A DNA stretch of 64,000 bases from Dicyema japonicum (Eukaryota > Animalia > Dicyemida). How positions within the stretch are numbered: the first letter of the stretch is position 1; every line of letters begins with the position of its first letter. Under the pieces are notes generated by a model. It searched no databases. It saw nothing but the letters and a program-made list of their open reading frames with translations, and was not told the origin of the DNA. Shown here in pieces: positions 12,555-26,479 of the stretch. The DNA is taken from contig RDEW01000010.1 in NCBI GenBank assembly GCA_011109175.1, positions 355,837-419,836 on the forward strand, in the 5' to 3' direction. The position numbers were made by a program, and so were the translations under genes.

Positions 12555-14160
12555 CTAATCTTCCTTAACCTTGTCAAAAATAGTAGTGTTATGTTCAGCA
12601 TGAGCTCTCAACCAAAACAAAGAGAATAGGAATAGAGCAGCCATCATCGTAAAGACCACGGTATAGTACGGATATGCCTGCACAATGTACCGCTCATACT
12701 GATTGTGTCGCAGGGGACGGATTGTGATCTAAATCAGAAATAAAAGAAATACCTGCTTAACGTCCTCAACGTTGTTGTAAGCAACCCGATTGTATTCAAA
12801 TATGATCTTAAAAACTCCGAAAACATCCGGGAGACGAATTCGAGCAGTGTAAAGTCCGTTTCCTTGCGATTAACTACTATAGTCTACCTGTGGTGTTCAT
12901 AAAAACTCGGATAAATGTGTCAATCCTTTTGATCTCCAACTGAACATCGTCCGCCACAAAAGGTTTCCATCGACCATCTTTGATTTCTTCAAGTTCAATT
13001 TTGTACAACTAAAACAGTAAAATTGATATCAAAAACAAATATTTTATCAGACTAAAATCCATAAAAATAGCTTTATATTATGTTTTAAATTTAAATAAAT
13101 TAAAAAAACGGCAAACCATGACGTCGTTGATAGTGTACTGCGTAGGAGTTCCACCAGTCTCAGCTAGACTATGATTTACGCTTTTAATGCGGATAACTCC
13201 CTTCCTTTGAAATGTCCAGTCTACTAGATTATCCACCAACTGCCTATTTCCATATGATCTACTATTAGAAATAATGTAACTTATTGAAATTCATAAACAG
13301 ATCCGAGAACATGCTAATCGACCCTGCAAAAAGAGCTCGTCCATTTGCTCCTCGTGTTTGGATGGCGCTGATTAAAGCCAGTGACTTTCCAAGACCAATT
13401 GGGTACTCAAATGCTGAAGGAAAACCACCTTTTTTATCACCTTTTCATTAAACGATGGGTAGGTAGTCGAAGAAGCGTGTAGAAATTTGATAGCGAGTTC
13501 GTTTTTAGGATCTACCGCCATTCTAAAATTAACGAAAGAACTGACCCAGCTCCACTGTAAGCCACGGGGCCGTCTATCTTACCAAATGGCTCACTCTTAA
13601 GTAGATTCTGCTCGCTCACTGCAAAAATCGAGTTCTACCGTTGTTTAAGTAAATTTACCCTCCCGTCGTCGAGTTCCCTCAAAGCATTAAAGTTGTCCAC
13701 CAAAAATGAGTCTTCTTTATCAATCTCGACCCCACATTCTGATCCAAGATTTCGAATTAATCGATCTTACTAATAAATCGTATATATACGAGCTTTGTCG
13801 TTGAAAATAACAAAAATGTTCCTTCCACTCTCCAGGAAGCTTAAAATTTGTTCCAAGTCTACTGAACCCCCAAAATCTTAAGTAACAATGAAAATAACCA
13901 TCGAAAGAGGAGCCAAGGATAATTAGATTGTCATAGGCAAAGTCCCCATATTTCTTGAGCGAGATCAGTCGGTTGTCGACTTTACGTAGTTCGAAGTCAA
14001 GCTTTTTGGCTGAAAATAGAAACATTAAAAAACATTTTAAAATGTTGAAAAAAGAAGAATATGAGCTTTTTAAGTAAGGGTTTTCGAGGAGTATGAGAGT
14101 TTTGGAACCAAACTCATTGGAAATTGTGCCGATTAAAAAAATGACAAAAAACAGCAACAT
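12555..14160 (-). CDS. DDOST: Oligosaccharyltransferase 48 kDa subunit (OST48/WBP1)
   Basis: Signal peptide, KTLILLEN, KYGDFAYDNLII, RLPDVFGVFK, RPLRHNQYERYIVQAYPYY, TM helix and ER-retrieval-like KVKED*; short introns plus one 108-nt intron (13009-13116). Confidence 0.95.
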
Positions 14161-14300
14161 CGATACACGTAGTTGTACTAGATTTAAATTAGTTTTATGA
14201 GTTTTGGAACCAAACTCATTGGAAATTGTGCCGATTAAAAAAATGACAAAAAACAGCAACATCGATACACGTAGTTGTACTATATTTAAATTAGTTTTAT
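14097..14300. repeat. 102-bp tandem duplication covering the DDOST start and signal peptide
   Basis: 14097-14198 equals 14199-14300 except one mismatch (14181 g vs 14283 t). Confidence 0.95.
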
Positions 14301-15059
14301 TGTTCTGATATTTTAAAATAATTATTAAGTTTTATCATTTTAATTTAAAAAAATAAAGATTAGTAGTAAATATGATTTTAGGATTCAAACTATATCGGAA
14401 GCCATCCGAGATGCGAGAAGAAACCTTTTCTTTGTAGAGATTAATCCATGACTCTAAAACTAACCGCAGGAGAAAGCCCGATGTGAAAACCGGGATCACT
14501 TCACTTAGACGATAACTCTGTTCTCTTTCTTGTATTATGGGGTTAATAAAATTAAAATTCGTGCTGGGATCATGTGATTAGTTAGTTTGTGTAACCGTGG
14601 TCTCTGGTGTTATTATTATTATTAAGATGTTGTCATAATGTTATCGCATCTGCCACAAGATTAGTACGATCGACGGCTTGAGAGGGAACAAGGTTAGGTC
14701 ATTAATTTCGAAAGTTCTTAATAATAATTCTTTTTCTATATTTATTTTAAACAGAAAAATAATTCCAAATTAGTTAATTAAATTAATCTTAAGAGCTTGA
14801 ATCGCTAGNGCTGGGATCATGTGATTAGTTAGTTTGTGTAACCGTGGTCTCTGGTGTTATTATTATTATTAAGATGTTGTCATAATGTTATCTCATCTGC
14901 CACAAGATTAGTGCGATCGACGGTCTATCAGATAGACTTTATATTGAGAGGGAACAAGGTTAGGTCATTAATTTCGAAAGTTCTTAATAATAATTCTTTT
15001 TTTATATTTATTTTAAGCAGAAAAATAATTCCAAATTAGTTAATTAAAGTAATCTTAAG

Positions 15060-15300
15060 AGCTTGAATTGCTAGTCTGTCTCCTTAAAGTAGCTATCGAG
15101 AAACGCTCTCGAAAGCAGCCAGTCTCAAGTAGATCCTTGGTGACCTTTTGGATCAGTAAACCAATCCAACTAACTAGATCGTCCGCTTGTGTGTGATGGA
15201 TTACTGACGTCTCAATAGCAAAAGGGACAAACCCATTGATTCTCCGAAATGTTTCATTATTTCCTTCTCTTCTGATCCCCAGCTTTCTTAGAAGCATGAC
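15060..15300 (-). mobile_element. CRE-clade 3' end fragment
   Basis: GFVPFAIETS...KVTKDLLETGCFRERFSIA, the typical CRE RLE terminus. Confidence 0.7.
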
Positions 15301-16516
15301 CTGGGTTCGAGGTTCAAGTGGCCAAAATTTTAAGCGTTCTATATTAATTAATCATCTAAAAGAATTTGAAGTCCATATTTTACAATTTTGGTAAATATTT
15401 ATGTAAAATTGATTAGATATTAATTTTCCGAGTCAGTGACTAACTCATGCTATCGTTAAGATTCCGTGAATAATAAATACAGAAAACACTACTGTGGTAT
15501 CACAGAGTCATATGAAGGAACAATTATTTAAATAAAGAAAATTAAGCGATAAATACTAAAATTAGTTAGAATTGAGGGATTTAACAGTGAATGCAATTGA
15601 TTTTGAGATACTTAAAATATATGGCAAATTAATCTAATATGTGACCTCCAAAAATATTTATATTTACCACGTGCTTGTGGGAGTTATGTATAGTAACTCT
15701 TTAGAGTGCTCGCTTGAGCGTCATTAGGCAATCGTTACTAAAATAATGGTAATTTTGGTCATTCGAAAAAATTTTAATGTTCACTTTTAGGTCTAAGGTA
15801 TCCTAGGAAACGTAAATGACTAAAAAGATCATATTATCCATCATCCTATATGATCCTCCAATTTTAGACTGGGAGACATAACCCATATTTTACGTGTATT
15901 CAACCTTTTCCTTTGTCGAACATAGTTTCTAAGGTCTCCTGGGTCTGTGACTTCGTCAATGCCACTGAAAAATGTCGGAAGGGTTTTATCCATCAGTAAC
16001 TTAAGTAGACATCTTATGCAATAGAGGTCCGTCACCACCTTTACTTTCAAACCAATTACCACTCGTACAACTGGTCTCAAGTCTATTAGGTGGTCTCACC
16101 TTAACGTGCTTTAAATGATAGTTTGAATAATTTTTAAAATCTTATTGTGTTTTAGATGATTGCTTTATTGCACAAATATTTTAATTCATCACGAAATAAT
16201 TTTTATTACAACAAAATATGTTAATTTATTTTTAAAATTTTTAAAAAAATTCTGGAAAATAGAAAAGCTTAGAATTTAATAAGTTAACTAGAGGCTGTCC
16301 CAAAAGTTCAATTACGATCGTTTTCATTTCACCATTATATAATCAATATTCAAAAATAATACAATTTTATTGAATTTTCAGCAGTACATGCGAAACCCAA
16401 TCGAGTGATTACAATTTTATACTCTGAACTTTTTCATAAACGTAATAACCACAGTAAAATTGCGTGCTCAACCACAACAATTTTTAGTTAATTTCTTCGC
16501 CAAATTTTAGTTAGCA

Positions 16517-19500
16517 ATGAAGTTGTAGTTTAATATTATTTTTCAAGAAATGAAACTCTCCCAAAAAATAGAGAAATTGGACTCACTTCAAACGGCTGTC
16601 AAGGAGCAAACTACTACAAAGTCTGTACTCGAAGTTATTCTTAGAATAACGTCGTAATTACCTCAAAATACACAATATATAATTTTTTATTTCTCAACCT
16701 CTTTGAACAGTTTCACCGAATTCCAAATATATTTTTTACGGTCCTTTTCGTTTTCCAGGTCAGTCCAGTTGACTTTAAAAAGTAGATGCTGCCTTATGTG
16801 TCATCTGTTCAATACTTGTCCACGATAATACCCCTCGTGTTTATTTTGTCAGTGACAGCTATCAAAGACGGATACGACGATTATGTAAAAATAAGAAAAA
16901 TTCTAGAAAAAACACAAAAATGACCGTATAACGAATGAGAGAATTACTCGCGTTTTTAAAAGAAATAAAAATCGATTTGACGAGGCAAAATGGAAAGACG
17001 TCAAGGTCGGAGACATCATATTTATAAAAGAAAACGAAGTGATACCTGTTAGCAGTCATTGTCATCCTAAGGCCGATGTCCTCCTTCTTTCTTCTTCCAG
17101 CGATGACGGATACTGTTATGTCAACACTGAGCATCTTAATGGGTTGAATATGAAGAGACATCTTTTAGAGAATTGACCTTAACTCCTAAAGCTTGCTGCA
17201 TGGAATTCGAGTATTTAAAGGATGACTGCAAATTGCTGAAAAATTTTGAACGTAGTGGCAAACTAATATTCAGAGACTTTTGAGTTTGAGCACCCAAATC
17301 AAGACTTGGAGCGCTTTGAGTGCAAGATATCTAATAGCGATATGATGACAAATATAGAAAATCTCCTTCTACGAGGAAGCAGTCTGAAAAATACGGATTG
17401 GTGCGTTGGATTAATCATCTACGCGGGACACGACACCAAAGTAATGCAAAACGCAGGAAAAATAAGCTACAAAAGAACTGGGATAGAAAAGTCCTTAAAT
17501 TTAATATCTCTGAAGGTATCGTTTATTCACACCAAGATTATCACTGGAATGCTTCTTTTTGTGGTGCTGTCTTCTTTTGCAGCCGGTCTGTGGACAAACT
17601 TCATCGGTTTGCCATTCAAAAAGTATCTACCGATCCCTAAATTCCTACAAAAATACACAGACAGTGTTCAAATCGCAGTCACTTCACTGATAGACATCAT
17701 CTCATATTTTATTTTGTACAGCAATTGTGTCCCCATTTCACTATACGTGAGGTTTGAACCTCAGGGTAACCTTCAGCATCGAATTTGTGAAATTGGGTCA
17801 GAGTATGCTGATAAACTGGGACCCAAATATGGTTGCAGAAGATAACAACAAGATTGAATGCAGAACGACTGCATTGGCCGATGATCTAGGCCAAATTGAC
17901 CACATTCTGACCGATAAAACAGGGACTCTGACAATTGTAGGATTTAATCGATTTAACTACAGAATGTCTTCAAATTCAAATCATTCGCTATCGATGATAA
18001 AGTATACCATGAAGTTCGTTTGCTATGTAAGTTCTGTGTAGGAAGATTCAGTTAACGAGAAGATATTTAATCTTATCCACAAAAAATCAAACAAAGAATT
18101 CCTATTTTTCCAAGTTTTAGCAACGTGCCATACCGTTTTGATCAAAAACGTCGGTTTTCATTTACATTAATTTCAGAAAATTCTGAATACCGCGCTCAGT
18201 CTCCGGATGAGGAATGTCTGGTCTTGTTTGCCAAGAAATACGGGATTACACTCAAAGTCTTATCTGTTATAACATTAGGAAAGAACCACAGATTCCATAA
18301 AAGTAGAAATTGACGGAAAACTGGAAAATTACCGTATCCTCCGTGTTCTCGAGTTCACCAATGCTCGAAAGCGAATGAGTGTTATTGTGGAAAATAATAG
18401 AGTCATATATTTATTCAGCAAGGGAGCCGACGATGTAGTACTACCCACATGCCAGTTTAAAGAGAAGGAAGCTACCATAGTCGATAAAAATTTGAAAGTT
18501 ACAATTAATGATAATTCTTAGACGCTCTCTTCTGGAGGTCTCCGAACACTTTGTTTGGCCTATAAAATCGTGAAAAGAGAAGAATTCGAACAGTGGAATG
18601 AAAAATATCAACTTGCCAAGTTTTTTATGATAAATAAAAAAGCAAAATTTTGGACGGATGCCGTTCAGAACGACTGGAAAGCTTGTATCACCAAATAGAG
18701 CAGAATCTGACGTTTTTGGGTGTCACGGGAATTGAGGACAAACTGCAGGATGGGGTTAAACTGACCTTAAACAAATTATCTGACGTCCGCATCAAGGTTT
18801 GGATGCTTACGGGAGACAAATTGGGTTAAAGATACCTCAACTGATTTTTAGAAACTGCCTTGAATATTGGATTTTCTTGTGGACTTTTTAATCCTTCGTT
18901 AGTGGAGATTTTTAGGTTTTCTAACGACGTGCATGAAAGCATCTTAAACCTACTTGAAAAAATAAAGAGATTCGTGGAAGAGAAGGGATTAAATTACGAG
19001 GAATATAAGAGAGTGTTGTTGGAATCCCCACTCAGTGAAATTAAGGGATATGAAATGTTTGGCCTGATTATTACTGGGGAAATGGCGGTACCTTAGAGAT
19101 AGTGAATTTAGGAAATTTGTTTTGAAAAGTACCCGACTGAGTTTTACGAACTTACAATATTCTGCAAAAATCTGATTTGCTGCAGAATGACTCCGTTGCT
19201 GAAGTCGGATATGGTTGACTTTGTAAAGAAATACTACCCCAAATTCACCACTTTAGCAATCGGAGATGGGGCTAATGACGTCAGTATGATCAAAGGTACC
19301 ATATCCTAATATTCAACAGCCGCCAATATTGGAATCGGGATTTCTGGGAGAGAAAGCAACCAAGCTGCGTTAAATTCGGATTTTTCGATACCTCAATTTA
19401 GCGACCTCCAACGTCTCTTATTTGTGCATGGTCGTTGGTGCTATGTTAGGATCACGAAATTTTTATATTACTTTTTCTTCAAGAACATTGCCTTTGCCTC

Positions 19501-20190
19501 CCTCAATTTCTGGTTTATTTTCTTCTCCGCTTACAGTGCTCAAGTATAGAATTCCTTTAAATTCTAGAGAGTAGTAAAAAACGATTTTATAACCTTCTAT
19601 AACTTGTTTTACACTGCCCTCCCTGTGTTGGTGCTTGGAATTTTCGACCAGGTTATCTGTTGTATCCAAATAGGACTTTAATGCAGACGAGTCCTTGAAC
19701 AGCCCAATGCTTTATGCGAGCTCTCTTAAACAGCGGTATTTTAATAACAAGATTTTTTTAATATGCACACTCGAAGCTTTCTTCACTTCTATTGTGGTAT
19801 TTTTCGTTACTTTATTGGCCACGTGGGGACAAATTGCACCCAGTGGTCAGAATCTTAACGACCTTGAAAGTTTTTATCAGTTTATTATGACCTACCAGTT
19901 TATTGTGGTGACTTTGAAAGTTTGCTTTAATCTTTTCTGAATAGATATCGATCACATTTTCACAGTGGACTCTAATCCACGTGGTCGTCATGTCATTGAC
20001 CATGGTCTCATTTATCCTGATTACGTCAATTTATTCTCCTGGTTCCGCCATTGCTGTGTATTCTTCTCTTCTTTTCTGGGTTACTGGGATTCCTATTTTA
20101 CTAATCATTTTCATTCCTTTTGTTGCTCAAAGGTTTTTATTGAAATGTGAGTTTAGAACTTTGAAAAATGTTTCGACCTGCAAAAATTAA
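16517..20190 (+). CDS. P4-type ATPase (phospholipid flippase), many 22-28 nt introns
   Basis: [93 protein letters not shown]; ATG at 16517 inferred through a 26-nt first intron; last exon boundary uncertain. Confidence 0.95.
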
Positions 20191-20274
20191 ATTTATTCAA
20201 AAACTTTTATATTAATTAATTTTATTATTTTTACTAAATTGAGATTTTTTAAATTTATTACATTAAGAAACAAT

Positions 20275-20500
20275 CAATCTGAGGATTATACGGTACCCGC
20301 TCTGATTTCGTGGCTATTCCTTCTCAGGATGGCGACCGAGATTCGCTCTAATAACCAGAAGCGTTCACGGAGATATCCAGTTCGTGTAGAAATCCGATTC
20401 CCTAGACGACCCAGGAATTCGAGCGTCGAAGGAGCAAGAGCACTGGACGTTTCAACTGCGAGTGGAACAAACAAAACATCCTTGGGTATGACCGCGTAAA
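20275..20500 (-). mobile_element. CRE-clade 3' end fragment
   Basis: FVPLAVETSSALAPSTLEFLGRLGNRISTRTGYLRERFWLLERISVAILRRN. Confidence 0.85.
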
Positions 20501-20519
20501 GAGATAATCACTTTAGAGT

Positions 20520-21400
20520 CGATTTCTCATCAGTAACCTGAATTTTCACCCATGGACCGGAGATTTTCAGCAGACCGAGAACAGTTTTATGCTATCAATG
20601 AACATAAGTGATTAATATTAAAAAAATTTCCTAAAGAATGATGTGCATCTGTTCGAATTGGGAATTGAAGAGTCTACTCAGCGGTTCGAGAGCATTGCCG
20701 ACATTTTATCTCCTTGCAAAATCCCATTTTCAATAGTAACCTCACTAATATTATGTTTGCTATAGTGTAGATGAACCCTCTATTACATAATGATAGACGT
20801 AACAAACTGAGCGAACCACAAAGGCAAACAAAGCCCGCGAAAAAATTCGATTAAGTAGCTTTGCTCAGCATAGTCAAACGCTTTTTCCACATCCATTCAC
20901 ATATACATTATTTTCCATGTGAATACGAAATACATTTGTTAATCATTGCTAGTTCATTAGCACCTCAGCAGTTCCGAGCAGTTCCAAATTGATTCTCTGA
21001 TAGAATAACTATTAACATCAAAAAGAAATAGATAAGTAGGTCCGCCCTCTTCCATTTTCATCACACTTCCAACCGTCTCGAGCATCACTTCATTCTTAAG
21101 CGAAAAAGTCTTCATAATGGTAATCTTTATCACTGTAGTCGGTCAGAGAAAAAGTAGGAAGATCTCTTTGAAAAACTGTGCCTCGTCACCTAAGGGTGGG
21201 ATCAGTGTGACGATAATTAAAAGTCACCCTTTCTGATTCGAACCATCAACAGTCGGATTTGATGTCATCAGACGTTGATTCAGCCAAAAATGACCTTTCG
21301 AATAAGACGACATATAGAGTGCTGTAGTGAATGGCATTTTCTTGATAAAGAAATTGTCAGGAATGACTTTATGCCAGTTTTTTAAAGTAGGTAACTAAAA
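20520..21400 (-). mobile_element. R4/NeSL-like (RLE-type) LINE RT, degenerate
   Basis: ENQFGT.R..GANELAMINK, MDVEKAFDY, IENGILQGDK, HLMFID remnants. Confidence 0.6.
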
Positions 21401-21537
21401 CCGACAAAAAACAGATCTCAATGATCTGGGAGCATATCATATTACAGATTAGTCGAGGCGGCCACGTTAACCGTTATTTAATTTAATATTGAGTGATCAG
21501 TGGGAACGCTTACGCAATCCAGGATAAACTAAAAGAC

Positions 21538-23482
21538 TTAAATAAAATCAATAATTTTGAAGACAAGAGAGTTAACGGTTATAGAGGCTGCCCTGACTGC
21601 GTGACTATTCACTCTCAGGATAGCGAACGAGATTCGCTCAAATAACCAGCATCGATCACGAGGGTCTCCTTTTCGTGTGGCGATCCGATTCCCTAGACGA
21701 CTCAAGAATTCCAGCGTCGCAGGCGTAAAAGAACCAGACGTCTCAACGGCGATTGGAACAAANNNNNNNNNNNNNNNNNNNNNNNNNNNNNNNNNNNNNN
21801 NNNNNNNNNNNNNNNNNNNNNNNNNNNNNNNNNNNNNNNNNNNNNNNNNNNNNNNNNNNNNNNNNNNNNNNNNNNNNNNNNNNNNNNNNNNNNNNNNNNN
21901 NNNNNNNNNNNNNNNNNNNNNNNNNNNNNNNNNNNNNNNNNNNNNNNNNNNNNNNNNNNNNNNNNNNNNNNNNNNNNNNNNNNNNNNNNNNNNNNNNNNN
22001 NNNNNNNNNNNNNNNNNNNNNNNNNNNNNNNNNNNNNNNNNNNNNNNNNNNNNNNNNNNNNNNNNNNNNNNNNNNNNNNNNNNNNNNNNNNNNNNNNNNN
22101 NNNNNNNNNNNNNNNNNNNNNNNNNNNNNNNNNNNNNNNNNNNNNNNNNNNNNNNNNNNNNNNNNNNNNNNNNNNNNNNNNNNNNNNNNNNNNNNNNNNN
22201 NNNNNNNNNNNNNNNNNNNNNNNNNNNNNNNNNNNNNNNNNNNNNNNNNNNNNNNNNNNNNNNNNNNNNNNNNNNNNNTTCTTCATCGGGTGTGGAAATT
22301 CTTCCAAACAGTAAATTTCCGAAATATGACAAAGCTTTTGAATACTTCTCTTCTGAAAGTCCGCAATTGTAGATTTCGCATTTAGTGCAATTTAATTCTA
22401 GTCCAGCCTCCGACAGTGCTGTAATTATCACTTCTAAATCCCGGAAAACAGTATCCAGGAGTTCTCCGAGGACCGCATCATCAAGATACCATAGGTTGAG
22501 GGGCGAGCACGGAAGTTTGGTGATTTTCTCTATTGTAAGACAAAACAATAAGGGTCCAAGGGGATCTCCCTGTTGCACTCCAGAATACAAATAAATTAGG
22601 TTGTCCCCGAAAAGTAAGGATGAAGGTAGGCTGTATGACTGATTCACAAATTCGAAAATATTAGGGCATCTCTCAACACACGCCTCCAGGATATTGTCCC
22701 TTCTTAGACTATTGAAGGCGTTTTTGATGCCCAGTTTGACCAGAACATGTCCCCGGGAATCTTCTATACTGCGGTTTATGAATGTCCTCACTGAATGGAC
22801 AGCGGCCTCGCATTCCAAGTGAATACTGACGTTTTCTTGAGGGGGGTTCAAGAATTTTGTGACGAGTGGAATAGAATGTCTAGAGGAAATTTTAGCAGTC
22901 AGTTTTCTAAAGACAAATCCGACCGCAACTAGTCGTACTCCGCCTCCCTTTTTATCAAGGGCTATCAAATTGGCGGATAACTTCGGAAAGAACTCCAGAG
23001 ATGACCCGGTTCATAAGTTAAGTAATTGATTTTGTAAGACGAAGTCCTTGGTCTCCACGGGATAAAAGGTTAGATCCTTCAGGTAGCCAGACAGTTCTCT
23101 TGAGACGGAGCACTTCGACTTCCTCGTTATGACCACATGTCTCCCTCGTACGGCTAGAAGCCACGGGACAACTGGGGATGTGGATACCTCCCAAAAAAGA
23201 ACGAATATTGGTCCTCATGATGGTAGCGAGAGACTCCTTTTCGTGACCATCTCGATCAAGTCCCAGTGCGGAAAGCGCAAAACTGAATAAGCGCATCCAA
23301 TCATGTACTGCGTTAGTCCGGAGGGCATCTTCGATCGTTTTGGAAAGGGCCTCCGCAGCGACAAGTCGTACGGCCTTGGGAATCCTCACAGAGATAGTCC
23401 ATGAAGAACGTAATTCAGAAATGAGACGTAGGAATGTTTCAGGGTCCGTGGTTGATGAGTAATTAACAAGGAGAGTTATCAT
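21538..23482 (-). mobile_element. CRE-clade retrotransposon spanning the assembly gap
   Basis: RIPKAVRLVAAEAL N-terminal block; ALDKKGGGVRLVAVG, GVQQGDPLGPLLF, WYLDDA; terminal FVPIAVETSG...ERISFAILRVN. Confidence 0.92.
21763..22278. other. Assembly gap (516 N)
   Basis: Run of n. Confidence 1.
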
Positions 23483-23639
23483 TGGCTGTAGAAAAAGCGA
23501 ACTGCCCAGCTAGTGATGTCTAAATAAGTTAATCTATCCATAATATAACATTATTTTAACTAATTATCTGAATCGCTAGTAATCGTTCTTTTACTCATAT
23601 ATGAATATAATACCAACCATCCTCATCCCCTTTCTCTAT

Positions 23640-24000
23640 ACTGGAGTTAACCAGTTCTTTTCTATCATCGAATGGTGCATCCACATATTTAATTCATGCC
23701 TCTTCCACAATTTGGTTCGAAGCAAATATGAATTCTTTATAGGAGACCTTAATCGCGTGCTTTTATTCAACCACTATATTTTATAAAGTTCATTTCAAGA
23801 CGACTGATTGAATGTAAGTCCTCTTGTAAGTCAGTTTCTCCAATGGATATCCATGTAATTCTTGAAGCATTAGAGACAATTCCATTCCAGGTGGAATTGT
23901 AGAGAAGTGAGAAGTGCAAGAAAGTCATACTTGTGACACTTATCGACGTCAATTTGTTTGAATCGATCCTATAAAGTAAAAGAAAATATCAGGTTGGTTA
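23640..24000 (-). mobile_element. R4/NeSL-like RLE C-terminal fragment
   Basis: DRFKQIDVDKCHKYDFLA, TWNGIVS, TYIQSVVLK; homologous to 47440-47720 and 49520-49990. Confidence 0.65.
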
Positions 24001-24187
24001 AATTGTACCCTAGTTTAGTTAATATCGACAAATCAACTCGTATCTCAACATCATGTGTCGATAATATTGACTGAACCGAGTACCCCATTAACTCTTTCGC
24101 NATCAACTCGTATGTGTCGACAATATTGACTGAACCGAGTACCCCATTAACTCTTTCGCCTATTTAACTTCATACATTCTGCAGAGA

Positions 24188-24485
24188 ACCGCGTGGCATA
24201 GTGGTTAGGTGTCGGGCAAAATGGCTTAGGTTACGGGTTTGACCTGGTGGAAAGTTCCACGCATCTACGATGCTAAAATGGCTTGACGAGTGACGCCGTC
24301 ATCAGTGGATATTCACTGGAGAACTGGATAGTTTAAAAAGGACCCACACAAAAGAAAAAGAAGTGAAGATCATTTTTTGGTTCTACGATAAGTTAGAATT
24401 AACTGTTCCTTACTTAAATAAAGTGTGTTTCCTGCCTATGCGGAGCTATAGATATTATGGCTATCGTGAAAAGACTGTTATTATT
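24188..24485 (+). mobile_element. tRNA-derived SINE family A, near full length, with a 16-bp TSD
   Basis: A-box GGCATAGTGG, shared core, RTE-like tail, (TTA)n; flanking direct repeat atacattctgcagaga at 24172-24187 and 24486-24501. Confidence 0.92.
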
Positions 24486-24739
24486 ATACATTCTGCAGAG
24501 ATGCAAATGTACACACTTCACCACTTTTTTGTGCCTTCAAAAATATTCAGTTTCACATTCTACTACACTGAGTTGCATATGAATCGTTTTGATGGACTAA
24601 GCATTAATACTCTCCTTGTCTGCAATTCCAACTCCATATTTAGAGACTAGAAATCCTATCAAATATTTTTAGGTCATCAAAAAAAACAAATGCTTAGCGA
24701 AATATGTTAGCATATTAGGATAAACTTGGTCGATCTGAA

Positions 24740-25830
24740 GTTTAGGGAACTTAGAATTAAGGTTCTGCGAAAACAAATCGTTGTAGAGAAAATGAATTCT
24801 CTTGCAAAATTCCATGACTTAGCTTTACAGACCTACTTCTCTGATCGAAGTGGAGGTTTACAGTCCACTTCTTTACTACGCTCTTCTTAAACTTAATCAC
24901 CAAAAAAGGAATTCCAGAATTATCCAACACATGAAATAGAAAACCGTGTTCAACAGAGTCGAAGGTCTTTACTACCAATCCAGACGGAACAGAGGTCGTT
25001 ACCATACTCCTTAATACATAGATTAATATTGACATGTTTCTTAGCGCCTTGACATCGCTTTCTGGTCCAGAATTGGTTACCAAAAATAAACTGAACGAAC
25101 ACACATAATCAGAGTCCGACATTCATATATTTTGTTAAAAGTTTATATAAAATAGATACACAAGTTATAGGACGTAAGTCCTTCGGAGATAGCAACCATC
25201 CATTCTATCCAAAACACTACACATGCCTTGTCTTCAAACCCATATTGCGTAATATTTTTGTTTGTCGACGAAATTCTTTTAGAAACTCTTTCGACTCAGT
25301 TTGTAGCACCAATTATTTTCGCGGTACTCTTTCCTGGACATAAACACAGTTATTTTTTTCCTTTGAACCCTAATAAATTTTCATTTTTTTAACTCTCCAT
25401 TTTTATTTTTCTTATATCCATAGGAACATAGGACATCCATAACTTTTTGCTTTTCCGTGTAAGGAGTTAATGTACAGGTTTAACGAATCTCCTCCGTTTT
25501 TTGAGAGTAGGTTTCCGAGTATTCCTAAGCACCGCATTTAATTTCTCAATTTGAAATTTGATTTCTTCCAAACATTTTTGAAATTGGAAATTTCACCAAT
25601 TTCTTTAATAGGAGATGCTTCTCTATCTTCTTCATTTTGACGTCTTCAATTCTTTTCAATGTCACTGGTTTGACCACATTCTCTTCAATTCGAACAAGTT
25701 CAGAATCTTAGAAAATTTGAAGTTGAACTCGCCGAGAACAAGGGCCTTAGCTTCACGGCACAGACAACGTGGGATACCTATTCTATTTCTGAAAATAAAA
25801 CAACATCCTCCATAATGGCAAACAAAGAAT
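24740..25830 (-). mobile_element. R4/NeSL-like LINE, degenerate RT and upstream linker
   Basis: KTFDSVEHGFLFHVLDNSGIPFLVIKF...LSHGILQENS. Confidence 0.6.
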
Positions 25831-25953
25831 GTAAGTTAGTCGAGATAGAACAGTTCCAAGCAGTACGACATTTTCTAATATATTTTCCTGTGACCATATC
25901 TAGTTCCAGAGACGACTGTCCTGGTTCCATTACACCATCGGAATTATATTGTT

Positions 25954-25997
25954 GTAGCCGGGTGGCATAGTGGTTAGGTGTCGGGCTAAAGTGGTTA
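25954..25997 (+). mobile_element. SINE family A head fragment
   Basis: gtagccgggtggcatagtggttaggtgtcgggc, nearly identical to the head at 44977. Confidence 0.75.
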
Positions 25998-26479
25998 GAT
26001 ACTTTTTTTATTTAATAGTTAAAAATGACTCGGTAAACATCGGTCTCAAGCTAATACACTGAGATCGAATTTCTTCTGCCAAAAATTGTAGGAACTTGCA
26101 CGTGTAGCTGCAATTATTAGTTAGATTATTGATCCTCGAACGTGACATCAAAGCTCAGTGACAAAATCTATTAATCAATTATTAAGAAGAATGTAAAATA
26201 TTGTTATTAACGTAAAAATCTAAATAATTTAAATACTGTTAATAATAATTGTAAAATAAATAATTTAAGTAATTTAATAGTAAAAGTACGCCAATCTTTG
26301 GTTTTGTTCCTTGTGTTGTTGAGGTTGTTGGAGCAAGTAGTTTTTAACCTGTTGAATAGGCTTTGAAGATCGAATAATATTAGTTTATTTATTATTTGCC
26401 ATAATAACATAAAATTTCAACAATATAATTATACTAGCATCTAGATGAGAAGAGATACTGTTCAAACTGACCTAAGGAG

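Noticed and set aside
14566-15050. About 240-bp duplication with an indel
   Set aside because: Joined at the single N 14809; probably two alleles placed in tandem
15800-16110. 79-aa minus-strand ORF with a GNWFE-like motif nearby
   Set aside because: No consistent exon structure or family match by eye
21677-22385. Long ORFs of 201-231 aa in the ORF track
   Set aside because: They consist of X residues from the N gap
24035-24160. About 60-bp duplication
   Set aside because: Joined at the single N 24101
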